A stretch of DNA of 64,000 nt from an uncultured Chloroflexia bacterium (GCA_963713975.1 OY970218.1:3168001-3232000), one strand, 5' to 3'. Counted from the first letter of the stretch, positions 1-8,409 are shown. Made by a program: numbers and translations. The notes: generated by a model from the sequence alone, not told the origin.

Positions 1-21
1 CTTCTTCGTGCGGGGGGGCAT
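1..21 (-). CDS. rpsR: 30S ribosomal protein S18, N-terminal fragment (runs off window)
   Basis: ATG-MPPRTKK on the minus strand after an AGGAG SD (31-35), directly downstream of ssb in the conserved rpsF-ssb-rpsR order. Confidence 0.65.
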
Positions 22-85
22 GAGCGGTGTCTCCTGGTGGTGGCGGGCTTGCCGCCGGAGCGGCCCTCAGGCCGCGGGACAATCG

Positions 86-547
86 TCAGAACGGGAGGTC
101 GTCGAGGTCGTCGGGCGCGGGCGCCGATGGTCGCGTGGGCCGCACGGACTCGCCGCCTCCGCCACCGCCGCTGCCGCCCGACGGGGCTCCGAACGAGCCC
201 TCCTCGTCGCGGACCCGGGCATCGAGGCTGATCACGTTGTCGGCGGTGATCTCCAGGGACGTCCGCTTCTGGCCGTCCCGGGCCTCGTACTCGCGGGTGC
301 GGAAGCGGCCCTCGACGAAGACCTTGTTCCCCTTGCGGAACTGCTCCGCGGTCCGCTCTGCGCGATCACCCCAGACCGTCACGCGGAACCAGTCGGTCTG
401 GTCGTCCTGCCACTCGCCTGACTGCGGGTCACGGCTGCGGTGGCTGACCGCGACCGAGAACTCGGTCACGGGACGCCCGTTGGGGGTGTACCGCATCTCG
501 GGGTCACGTCCGAGGTTGCCGATGATCATGACCTTCGCGAATGCCAT
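86..547 (-). CDS. ssb: single-stranded DNA-binding protein
   Basis: MAFAKVMIIGNLGRDPEMRYTPNG OB fold, acidic tail DDLPF, GAGGAG SD. Confidence 0.97.
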   Translation of the reverse strand: MAFAKVMIIGNLGRDPEMRYTPNGRPVTEFSVAVSHRSRDPQSGEWQDDQTDWFRVTVWGDRAERTAEQFRKGNKVFVEGRFRTREYEARDGQKRTSLEITADNVISLDARVRDEEGSFGAPSGGSGGGGGGESVRPTRPSAPAPDDLDDLPF

Positions 548-560
548 CGCCGGCTCCTCT

Positions 561-995
561 TCAGTCGATGGCCGCGGGCGCGGCCTCGCTCTCGGATTCG
601 TCGATCTGCTCGCCGTCATCCTCGGCATCGTCCTCATCGGCGGACGGGAGCTCGGCGTCGATGTCGTCGGCGTCCTCGGCGGCGGCCGCGTCGCGGCGGG
701 CCTTGACCGGCCGGATGGCGCGGGTCACGAGGTAGCGGAGCACGTCCTCCGTGATCTGGAGGCTCCGCTCCATCTCCGCGATGACCTCGGCCGGGGCTTC
801 GAAGACCACGATGTGGTACGAGCCATCCCGGTAGCGGTCAATGGGATACGCGAGGCGGCGACGCCCCCAGGGCGCGACCTTGACGATCTGGCCACCCGAG
901 GCGACGACATAGCGCGTGGTGCGGTCGATGACCGCGGCGGCCCGCTCATCCGGCGCATCCGGCTTGAGAACGAGCATGAGTTCATAGCGGCGCAC
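561..995 (-). CDS. rpsF: 30S ribosomal protein S6
   Basis: RRYELMLVLKPD...WGRRRLAYPI...EDVLRYLV; GTG start after AAGGAG. Confidence 0.96.
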   Translation of the reverse strand: MRRYELMLVLKPDAPDERAAAVIDRTTRYVVASGGQIVKVAPWGRRRLAYPIDRYRDGSYHIVVFEAPAEVIAEMERSLQITEDVLRYLVTRAIRPVKARRDAAAAEDADDIDAELPSADEDDAEDDGEQIDESESEAAPAAID

Positions 996-1006
996 GGCCT
1001 GCTTGT

Positions 1007-1078
1007 CTCCTTCCAATGGGTATCTGCCCCGCTGACGGCATGCCGGCACGGGACCGAAAGGACCGCGGGAGGATAGCA
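1007..1078 (-). promoter_or_regulatory. rpsF promoter (extended -10 TGcTATCCT) and candidate S6:S18 autoregulatory leader
   Basis: -10 at 1075-1070; leader UCCUUUC can pair with GGAAGGA over the SD, with CCCG a few nt from the helix. Confidence 0.5.
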
Positions 1079-1176
1079 CGGGCCGCCACGGCACCGATCT
1101 GCGAGTGTCCGCAGGGTGCCGTATCCTCTCGCCGTCACCATCGCCCGCGGTGACGAAAGTATTGCTGGGGGAACGC

Positions 1177-2373
1177 GTGCAGCTCTCGATCCTGCTCTTG
1201 GCCACCGACCGCAAGTCCGTGCAGTCGCTGGCCACTGCACTGACCGTACCCGGCCACGGCGTCACCGTCGTCACCCGGCCGGACGAGGCCGTGGCCGCGG
1301 CCGCCGGCTACAGCCTGGTCCTGATCGACCGGGTGACCCCGCCTGCGACGGTCGCGGATGTCGTGACGATGCTGGGCGCCGACCCGAAGACGGCCGGGAT
1401 CCCGGTGCTTGCCGTCGCCCAGACCGGCGAACTGGACGAGCGCATCGCGCTCCTGGAAGCCGGTGCCGACGACGTCATCGCCCGGCCGTTCGACCAGCCG
1501 GAGCTGGAGGCGCGGATCGAGGCCCTGGCCCTCACGACCCAGCGCGGCGGCGCCGGCGCGGGCGGTGGCATCGGCGACATCCAGGGTCACCGGCTCGTGA
1601 CCGTGTTCAGCCCCAAGGGCGGCGTCGGCACGACGACGGTCGCCACCAACCTCGCCGTCATCGCGGCCGAGACGCAGCCCAACAAGGTCCTCCTCGTGGA
1701 CCTCGACCTGTCCTTCGGGCAGGTGGCCTCACACCTCAACCTGCAGCCGAAGCAGACCCTGCTGGAGCTGGCACGCGACGAGGGTGCCCTGCACGAGACG
1801 GACCTCTTCCGAACCTACGCGATCCACCATGCCAGCGGTGTCCACGTCCTCGCGTCGCCTCCTTCCCCCACCTTCACCGCCCTGATCAGCACCGAGCAGA
1901 TCGAGCTGATGCTCGCGCGGGCCATCGAGGCCTACGACGTGATCGTGGTCGATGCCGGCACCGCGCTGGACCCCAGGCTCACGTCCTTGTTCTCGCTCTC
2001 GTACTCGGTCGTGGTACCCGTGCTGCCCGAGATCCCCGCGCTCAACTCCGTGCACGTGCTGCTGGAGCAGCTGACCGAGAACGGATCCCTTGGTGTGCAA
2101 ACCGTGTTCGTGCTCAACAACGCGTTCGCACGAGACCTGCTCAAGCGCAGCGACGTGGAGACCGTCCTGGGCTCGAAGATCTCGGCCGAGCTCCCGTACG
2201 ACCCGATCGTCTATCTCAAGGCCGTGAACGAGGGCAACCCGGTGGTCCGCAGCGCCCCGAAGTCGCCGCCGGCCGAGAAGTTGCGTGCCCTGGCCACGCT
2301 CGTGCTCGGACGCACGATCGCCCCCAGGACGGACGAGGGCAAGAAGGAGAAGCGGGGGCTCTTCGGCCGCTGA
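1177..2373 (+). CDS. cpaE: receiver domain + CpaE/TadZ (MinD-like) pilus assembly ATPase
   Basis: N-terminal REC-like domain (LVLID...EAGADDVIARPF), deviant Walker A SPKGGVGTTT, LVDLDLSFG, C-terminal KRGLFGR; GTG start inferred. Confidence 0.8.
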   Translation: MQLSILLLATDRKSVQSLATALTVPGHGVTVVTRPDEAVAAAAGYSLVLIDRVTPPATVADVVTMLGADPKTAGIPVLAVAQTGELDERIALLEAGADDVIARPFDQPELEARIEALALTTQRGGAGAGGGIGDIQGHRLVTVFSPKGGVGTTTVATNLAVIAAETQPNKVLLVDLDLSFGQVASHLNLQPKQTLLELARDEGALHETDLFRTYAIHHASGVHVLASPPSPTFTALISTEQIELMLARAIEAYDVIVVDAGTALDPRLTSLFSLSYSVVVPVLPEIPALNSVHVLLEQLTENGSLGVQTVFVLNNAFARDLLKRSDVETVLGSKISAELPYDPIVYLKAVNEGNPVVRSAPKSPPAEKLRALATLVLGRTIAPRTDEGKKEKRGLFGR

Positions 2374-2436
2374 CCCGAGGGACCGCGGCGGCGAGCATCC
2401 GGAACGCCCGCACCGCGGGCAGCCCGCTCCGGGCGC

Positions 2437-2523
2437 TGGTGCCGAGGGCGAGGTTCGAACTCGCACGGGGTTGCCCCCAGCGGTGTTTAAGACCGCAGCG
2501 TCTGCCGGTTCCGCCACCTCGGC
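2437..2523 (-). tRNA. tRNA-Leu(TAA)
   Basis: cloverleaf with long variable arm, anticodon loop CT-TAA-AC, GTTCGAAC, encoded CCA. Confidence 0.93.
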
Positions 2524-2578
2524 ATGTCCGACCGTGCGGACGCAGCCATCCTACCCGCGTGCCCGGCCACCCGCCCGG

Positions 2579-4033
2579 CTATCCCCTTGCGCCGGGGCGT
2601 CGCGCCGTCAGGCGGGCGGCGCTCCAGCGGCATCCGCACAGGACCTTCGGGCAGGCGGGATGCGGCAGCATGGTGGCCTTCAGCTCCTCGCTGATCCGCA
2701 CGACGAGTCCACGATCCGCGCGGCACGTTTCGCAGCAGGAACCGGCCACAAGCACGGCCTCCCGGCCGGTCACGCGCAAGCCCTTGAGGTCCGCGATCGC
2801 TGCCTCACGCTCGAGGTCCCGGATCTCGTCAGGAGCAGGCGCGTCCGGGTCGGCGGCCTTGAGCAGGGACCGGGCCTGCGTCCGCCTGATCGAAGCCGCG
2901 TCTGCCCAACGGTGGTCCCGCTTCGCCGCCGCATAGGCGCGATTCGCGGTCTGCACGTAGAGGGCGCATGCCGCAGCGATCCCCTCCTCCGACGGGAGCG
3001 CGGAGGCGAGCCTGTGGACGCTGGCCGTGGACGCCCCCGTGGTCGTCGCCAGGACCAGCCAGCGGTCCCGCGGGCGGGCGAGTCGGGTGAGCTCCTTCAC
3101 ACGACGCTGCGCAGCCACCAGGGTGGCCGCCGCCGTCTCCGTGAGGTAGAGGACGCCGCCGTCGAGTCGCTTGACGACGATGCGCTCACGGCAGTTGCCG
3201 CAGCGGCGGCTCGAGGTGGGCCGGGGCTCGAGCAGGACGGCGCAGGACGGACAGGCTGCGAGCACGAGCGGCTGTCGACGTCGCCGAGGGGCCGCCTTCG
3301 GGAGAACGACCTGGCGCGCCGGTGGCACGGTGCGCGGCGGGCGAGGTGGGATGACCGACTTGCCGGACTTGGCCGCCGCCTGGGACCTGGTGTCACGCTT
3401 CTTCGCGCGGGGCACGGTTGGCTTCGGATGGGCACCGTTCAGATCGGCGTCAGCTTCGGCGACCGGCTCGAGCGTCGCAACCGGCTCGATCACGTCAGCT
3501 TTGGCGACAGGCTCTGGCGTCACGACAGGCTCTGGCGTCACGACCGGATCTGGCGTCACGACCGGATCTGGCGTCACCGCCTCGGGGGCTGGGGCGGGAA
3601 GCGCGACCGGCTCGGGCGTCACGACTGGCGTGGGCGTCACGACCGGCTCGCGGCGGTCCAGGTCCCAGTCGTCCGCGACCACCACGATCGACGGTACATG
3701 GGAGGCCCGGTGTCGAGCTCCGGCCGCCGCGACGACGTCATCGGCCATCACCGGGATCCCCGGCGACTCAAAGATCGGGACGCTCGCGGCCTCCGGCGCG
3801 GGATCCCCGGGGGCTTCTTCGAGCGGCTCCGGGTCGGCGGCCACCGCGTCATCGCGGGCGATGTCACCCGGGTCGAGACCCTCCCGCTGGAGGAGCAGGC
3901 GCTCCAGGCGCGCGGCGCTGCCCTGGCGGGCCAGCTCCAGCTCCAGCTGCTCTTCCTTGGATGATCGCTTGAGGATCCCGGGCACTCGTGCCACGCGCCG
4001 ACCCTCCTCCTTCGATGCGTCCCCGCTCGTCAT
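2579..4033 (-). CDS. hypothetical protein: Pro/acidic repeat region plus Cys-rich (zinc-binding-like) C-terminal half
   Basis: 484-aa ORF with VTP(D/E)PV repeats, CPSC...CGNC and CCETC...PHPAC...CGC. Confidence 0.7.
   Translation of the reverse strand: MTSGDASKEEGRRVARVPGILKRSSKEEQLELELARQGSAARLERLLLQREGLDPGDIARDDAVAADPEPLEEAPGDPAPEAASVPIFESPGIPVMADDVVAAAGARHRASHVPSIVVVADDWDLDRREPVVTPTPVVTPEPVALPAPAPEAVTPDPVVTPDPVVTPEPVVTPEPVAKADVIEPVATLEPVAEADADLNGAHPKPTVPRAKKRDTRSQAAAKSGKSVIPPRPPRTVPPARQVVLPKAAPRRRRQPLVLAACPSCAVLLEPRPTSSRRCGNCRERIVVKRLDGGVLYLTETAAATLVAAQRRVKELTRLARPRDRWLVLATTTGASTASVHRLASALPSEEGIAAACALYVQTANRAYAAAKRDHRWADAASIRRTQARSLLKAADPDAPAPDEIRDLEREAAIADLKGLRVTGREAVLVAGSCCETCRADRGLVVRISEELKATMLPHPACPKVLCGCRWSAARLTARRPGARG
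3518..3577. repeat. 18-bp coding tandem repeat (VTP(D/E)PV)
   Basis: cgtcacgac(a/c)gg(c/a)tctgg repeated about 3-4 times. Confidence 0.8.
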
Positions 4034-4211
4034 ACAGGTATTCGCGGCCGGACGTCAGTGCAGAGTAGTCGGGTAGGGTCGTCGAGCGCAATTGCCGCCC
4101 GTCAACAATGGCGCACTCAGGCACCATGCCGGGCATCAGCATCGCCGGCGGCGGCGCCGCGGGACGCCCGTGTTCACGCGGCCTGGCCCTGTCGCCTGCC
4201 TCGGTCTGCGG

Positions 4212-4502
4212 TCAGCTCCACGTGAACGGAAGCAGGTCCTGGCAGACCTCGTGGCTGACGCCCTCGGGGTCCGCGGCCCGGCCCGGCGGCGTCTCGAACT
4301 GCCGCAGGGCGTGCTCCTCGCGGGTCGCCGCACGACACCACCGCACCTTGATCACGTAATGGGCGTGATCCCGGTGCGGGACCTTCTCCAGCCCGGTTGG
4401 AAACTCCTGCTCGATCCTGCCAACGAGACCGTCGACGCCACGGAGGACGACGAGGCCGAACTCCTTCCACGTGCCATGGATGCAGCTTGCGACGGTTGTC
4501 AT
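4212..4502 (-). CDS. hypothetical protein (96 aa)
   Basis: GC-rich third codon positions, GAGGG SD before ATG at 4502. Confidence 0.55.
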   Translation of the reverse strand: MTTVASCIHGTWKEFGLVVLRGVDGLVGRIEQEFPTGLEKVPHRDHAHYVIKVRWCRAATREEHALRQFETPPGRAADPEGVSHEVCQDLLPFTWS

Positions 4503-5009
4503 GACCAGGTTCCCTCGTGCGCTGGACACTCGCGTGCCCTCGCGACCATCGTAGGCGCGTGCCGGACGTGGCGTGGGCCGGTTGCAGCGTGGCGGGTGCG
4601 CGGCCAGAGGCGATCGGGCGCGAGCCGCTCGCCGACGCTGAGCCGGAGGCAGAGATCGGAGCGGCGTGCGCGGAACCGGGGGCGCCAGCGGCGTCGCGAG
4701 GCGGGCGACGGCACAGGCGACCGGCTCGCGCTGGGCGAGCGTTCGGCAAGGTCCGTCGCTGGGTCACGCCGGTCCGTGTTCACTGGAGGGGTGCCAGCGG
4801 CGTGAGCGGACTCATCGCGACGCCGCGTGCGCCGCGGCCTCATCGCAGCAGCGCGTATCTGTAGGTCAGGCGCACCTTCGCGAACCGTCCGATGGCGTCC
4901 GTGGAGTCAGCGATCACGCACGAACCGGCCATCCGTTCGGGCCCGGTGACCGGCTTCGATCGCCTCTACTGCTGCCCGCGTTACTGCCCAACTCCACCGT
5001 CCGACGCCC

Positions 5010-5165
5010 CTATGGCGCTCCGATAAGGTCGGCCCAGAGCTGTCCGGCGGCGCTGGGCCCACCCGCCGACAGGAACACCCAGATCGCGCCGATGGCGACC
5101 ACAGCGACGACGAGCTCCACGACGTAGCTCCGTGTGCTTCGTCTTTGGCGCTGGCGTCGGCCCAC
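5010..5165 (-). CDS. small membrane protein (51 aa, not in ORF track)
   Basis: MGRRQRQRRSTRSYVVELVVAVVAIGAIWVFLSAGGPSAAGQLWADLIGAP; basic N-terminus plus one TM helix; GTG 6 nt after TAGCCT. Confidence 0.6.
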   Translation of the reverse strand: MGRRQRQRRSTRSYVVELVVAVVAIGAIWVFLSAGGPSAAGQLWADLIGAP

Positions 5166-5185
5166 ACGGACAGGCTAGCGCGCCG

Positions 5186-5221
5186 GTCATCCCGCCGTGA
5201 GCTGGTCCGCGTCGTTGAGAT
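5186..5221. repeat. intergenic repeat R1 (~36 bp)
   Basis: gtcatcccgccgtgagctggtccgcgtcgttgagat. Confidence 0.85.
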
Positions 5222-5223
5222 AC

Positions 5224-5778
5224 CTACTCGCAGGCGAACGGGACGTCTGCAAGGAACGCTTCCAACGCAGCAGTCGTCTCCGTGAGCAGCGCGGTTGCCG
5301 TGACAAGACGCGTGGTGGCCCGCCCGATGAGATCGAAGTCCCTCGCGCTTGCTCCTTGCTCAAGGTCGGACGCAACAGCGCCCCAGGCAGACAGCATCTT
5401 TCGGTGGGTCGCAACAAGATCCGTCGCCGGTCCCCAGCGAGGCACGCCGTCCAGTGCCACTTCGATTGCGTCGACATCCGTCTTCAGGGCAAAGGCCGTA
5501 GTTGCGATGGAATCGAAGTCGGGCTCGTCCGCGCTGAGCGCGGCGCCGACCTTGCCGAAGTCCTCGGCGAAGGGGCCGGCCATCCCATTCAGCGCTTCGC
5601 ACAGCGGGGCCTGGAACCCCTCAGGCCAAGGCTCATCACTGGAACTCACCCCACCAGTCGGCCGCGGGGTGCCTGCGGTCGCAGATACCGTGGGTGGTGG
5701 AGACGCCGCTGGAGCCGCTGTCGAGCAGCCGACAATCAGTCCCACGATCAACAGGCAGAACATCAGGATTGCCCGCAT
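5224..5778 (-). CDS. putative lipoprotein
   Basis: signal peptide with lipobox IVGC, Ser/Pro/Thr linker, helical domain; GGAGGG SD. Confidence 0.75.
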   Translation of the reverse strand: MRAILMFCLLIVGLIVGCSTAAPAASPPPTVSATAGTPRPTGGVSSSDEPWPEGFQAPLCEALNGMAGPFAEDFGKVGAALSADEPDFDSIATTAFALKTDVDAIEVALDGVPRWGPATDLVATHRKMLSAWGAVASDLEQGASARDFDLIGRATTRLVTATALLTETTAALEAFLADVPFACE

Positions 5779-5825
5779 ACGCATTCCCTCCAGCTGGGAC
5801 GCACACTCAATCACAATGGCCGAGA

Positions 5826-5862
5826 GTCATCCCGCCGTGAGCTCGTCGGTGTCGCTCTGAGT
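5826..5862. repeat. intergenic repeat R2
   Basis: gtcatcccgccgtgagctcgtcggtgtcgctctgagt. Confidence 0.85.
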
Positions 5863-5865
5863 CAG

Positions 5866-6390
5866 CTAGCAGCTGCCCTTACGGGTGATCTTGGTGACGA
5901 GGAATGCGGGCACGGTCGTGTTGCCGCCGATCTGGGTGTCGTAGCTGTACGAGCCGAGGCCAACGACGTTCATCACCACGACATCGTCCTCGACAACGTC
6001 GATGAGGGCGCGCGGCTCACCCGTGAAGTACGCGTTCTCGCCCTGATACCAGTACTTGAGCTTCTTGAAGGAGGCATTGCCCAGGAACGAGTCGTCACCG
6101 GTCGCGGCATCGAACTGGGTGATGCACGCCCAAAGCTGGTAGCCCTTGCCGGTGTAGTCGTCGGGCGCCTTGACGATCTTCTTCCAGTTGCGCTCGGTCA
6201 CCTTCGCGTGCGACTTGGGCAGCGAAATCTCGGGTTCGGGGGTCGTCACCTCCTCGGTGGTCCCTCCGCCGCTGCCCGGGTCCGCCGTCGCGGGCGCCTG
6301 GTTGATCGCAGGTTGCTGTGTCGTCGTTGCTGCTCCCCCGCACGCGCTGACCACCACCAGCGCAACCAGGAGGCCAAGAAGCCGCATCAC
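5866..6390 (-). CDS. putative lipoprotein with possible OB-fold C-terminal domain
   Basis: lipobox VSAC, low-complexity linker, beta-rich domain (GKGYQLWACITQFDAATG...EDDVV). Confidence 0.8.
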   Translation of the reverse strand: MMRLLGLLVALVVVSACGGAATTTQQPAINQAPATADPGSGGGTTEEVTTPEPEISLPKSHAKVTERNWKKIVKAPDDYTGKGYQLWACITQFDAATGDDSFLGNASFKKLKYWYQGENAYFTGEPRALIDVVEDDVVVMNVVGLGSYSYDTQIGGNTTVPAFLVTKITRKGSC

Positions 6391-6455
6391 CGTCCCTCTC
6401 CCTTTGTTCCGTCAGGTTGGCCCGGGTCCGCTCTCCTCACCACGATAGTCCTCAG

Positions 6456-6491
6456 GTCGCCCCGCCGTGAGGTGGTCGGCGTAGCCGAGAT
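6456..6491. repeat. intergenic repeat R3
   Basis: gtcgccccgccgtgaggtggtcggcgtagccgagat. Confidence 0.8.
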
Positions 6492-6602
6492 CGCTCCGGC
6501 GGCGTGGAGCCGGGAGCGTTGCGCCGTGACCGGTTTCCCTCACACGGGAGTGAGCCAAGCGCTAGGCTCGGCTAGACGGAGCAACCAACGAGGGTGCAAC
6601 TC

Positions 6603-8006
6603 ATGGCGGTCGCGAAGCCAGCTCCAAGGTCTGCCGCGAAAGTGCCACCCAAGCCAGAGGAATTGTGGCAACCCGCGAGGCTCATTCCGACCACTGGGAT
6701 CGGTGGTCAGGACGAGCAGGAGCAACGGGCTACCTCCTCGCTCCTCGCCGTGATCAAGGCTGTACCCCAGTTCGGGCGGGCGATCACGGCGCATCTGGGC
6801 GCACCGGCCGGTCGGATCGAGACCTACACGGAGGTCCGTTTCCAGGACGCCGACAACAAGACGGTGATCCCCGACGGGGCGATCGTGGTGGAGCGCGGGA
6901 AGACGCGTTGGGTCTGTCTCGTCGAGGTGAAGACCGGCGGCGCACCGCTCCAGGCCGGGCAGATCGAGCGGTACCTCGACATCGCGAAGGTCCACGGGTT
7001 CGACGCCCTGCTCACGATCAGCAACCAGATCGCCTCGTCGCCGACGGAAAGCCCGGTAGCGGTCGATGCCCGCAAACTGAAGCGCGTGTCGCTCTATCAC
7101 ATCTCGTGGTGGCGAGTGATGACCATCGCTCGGGTATGGCACCAGCATCGAGGCATCGCTGACACGGACCAGGCATGGATCCTCGGCGAGCTCATCGCCT
7201 ACCTCGACCACGAGCGCGCTGGCGCCGGCGGCTTCGAGGATATGGGAGCGTCCTGGGTCGCCGTTCGCGACGGTGCGCGCCAACTGACCCTGCGAGCACC
7301 CGACAAGGACGTCCGAGACGTGGCCTCGCGCTGGGAGCAATTCGTCCAGTACCTCGCCTTGGGCCTGTGTCAGGACCTCGGCCGGGACGTCGATCCCGTC
7401 TGGCCTCGCAACCTCGACGTTGGTGCTCGCCGGGATCTGATCGTGAGAAACCTTGTCGAGAGCGGTCGGCTGGAGGCAACCGTTCGGGTCCCGGATGCAG
7501 CTGCGCCAATCGACCTTGCGGCCGACCTCCGCACGCGCTTGTTCACGACGAGCGTCGAGTTGGCCGCACCCCGAGATGGACGACCGAGGACCCGAGTCTC
7601 GTGGCTCCTCCGGCAGCTCCGCGACACCAACGACGCGCTTCGGATCGACGCCCGGTACCCGAATGTCAAGGAATCGGTCACGGTGATGCTGAAGGATGCC
7701 CGGGAACAGCCGGACCGGCTCCTCTACGCTCAGGATCCGAAGCGGGAGCCACGAGCGTTCCGGGTTTCGCTGTCCCGCGAGCTCGGTACGAAGCGCGGCA
7801 AGAATCAGGGCAGCTTCGTAAACGAGAGCAAGAAGCAGGCGCTCGATTTCTACCGGGAGGTCGTCCAGGGGCTCCGTGCTTGGAGCCCCAGCGCTCCTCG
7901 CTTGCCAGAGCAGAGTGCGGACAGCTCACCCCTAGCGTCTCCCGACCCGCCTAGCTTTGGCGACGGCGAGCGCGACTTCGGCGAGGCTACGCAGCCCGAG
8001 GGCTGA
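6603..8006 (+). CDS. PD-(D/E)XK-fold nuclease-like protein
   Basis: IPDGAIVV...CLVEVKTG motif, upstream EQE..ATSSLLAV helix; GAGGG SD. Confidence 0.7.
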   Translation: MAVAKPAPRSAAKVPPKPEELWQPARLIPTTGIGGQDEQEQRATSSLLAVIKAVPQFGRAITAHLGAPAGRIETYTEVRFQDADNKTVIPDGAIVVERGKTRWVCLVEVKTGGAPLQAGQIERYLDIAKVHGFDALLTISNQIASSPTESPVAVDARKLKRVSLYHISWWRVMTIARVWHQHRGIADTDQAWILGELIAYLDHERAGAGGFEDMGASWVAVRDGARQLTLRAPDKDVRDVASRWEQFVQYLALGLCQDLGRDVDPVWPRNLDVGARRDLIVRNLVESGRLEATVRVPDAAAPIDLAADLRTRLFTTSVELAAPRDGRPRTRVSWLLRQLRDTNDALRIDARYPNVKESVTVMLKDAREQPDRLLYAQDPKREPRAFRVSLSRELGTKRGKNQGSFVNESKKQALDFYREVVQGLRAWSPSAPRLPEQSADSSPLASPDPPSFGDGERDFGEATQPEG

Positions 8007-8036
8007 AGCACGGTGCACCAAGCCCGATAGACCGCC

Positions 8037-8073
8037 AGGCGCCCCCCCCGGCCGCCCCCCGGTCGGGGGGCCT
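8037..8073 (+). terminator. GC-rich hairpin, probable terminator
   Basis: C-run/G-run inverted repeat 30 nt after the stop codon. Confidence 0.45.
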
Positions 8074-8249
8074 CACCGATGACGGAGGTAGATGGTGCCA
8101 CCCGCCAGGCTGGCCGACGCAGCCGAGTTCAGCTCGCCAGGATGTGGAGCCATTGATCGCAGCACCTCGACTCGGACAACACCGCGCCCGAGTACCCGGA
8201 ATTCCCTTCCGGCCTATGCGCGGCCGATGCGGCCCGTGGATGGAAGTCA

Positions 8250-8283
8250 GAAGCCCCCGGCCGTATTGGCCGAGGGCTTCTTT
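8250..8283. terminator. hairpin downstream of the tRNA cluster
   Basis: gaagccc-ccggcc-gtatt-ggccg-agggcttc followed by ttt. Confidence 0.6.
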
Positions 8284-8292
8284 GCGCTCAGT

Positions 8293-8369
8293 TGGAGGCG
8301 ACGATCGGATTCGAACCGATGAATAGAGGTTTTGCAGACCTCCGTGTTGAGCCACTTCACCACGTCGCC
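8293..8369 (-). tRNA. tRNA-Cys(GCA)
   Basis: cloverleaf, loop CT-GCA-AA, CCA end. Confidence 0.95.
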
Positions 8370-8409
8370 CCGTGGCGCCGGTCCATTCGCCGGCGGGCGG
8401 TTGTCAGAT

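Noticed and set aside
5186-6491. Integron attC sites or CRISPR repeats
   Set aside because: No RYYYAAC/GTTRRRY boxes or long dyad, no integrase in the window, and the spacers are whole genes of about 600 bp
8093-8109. Possible tRNA 3'-end remnant/att site (minus strand ...GGGTGGCACCA)
   Set aside because: No T-loop upstream and no match to any tRNA in the window
8120-8250. Possible pseudogene fragment between the two hairpins
   Set aside because: Too short, contains an internal stop and has no recognisable homology
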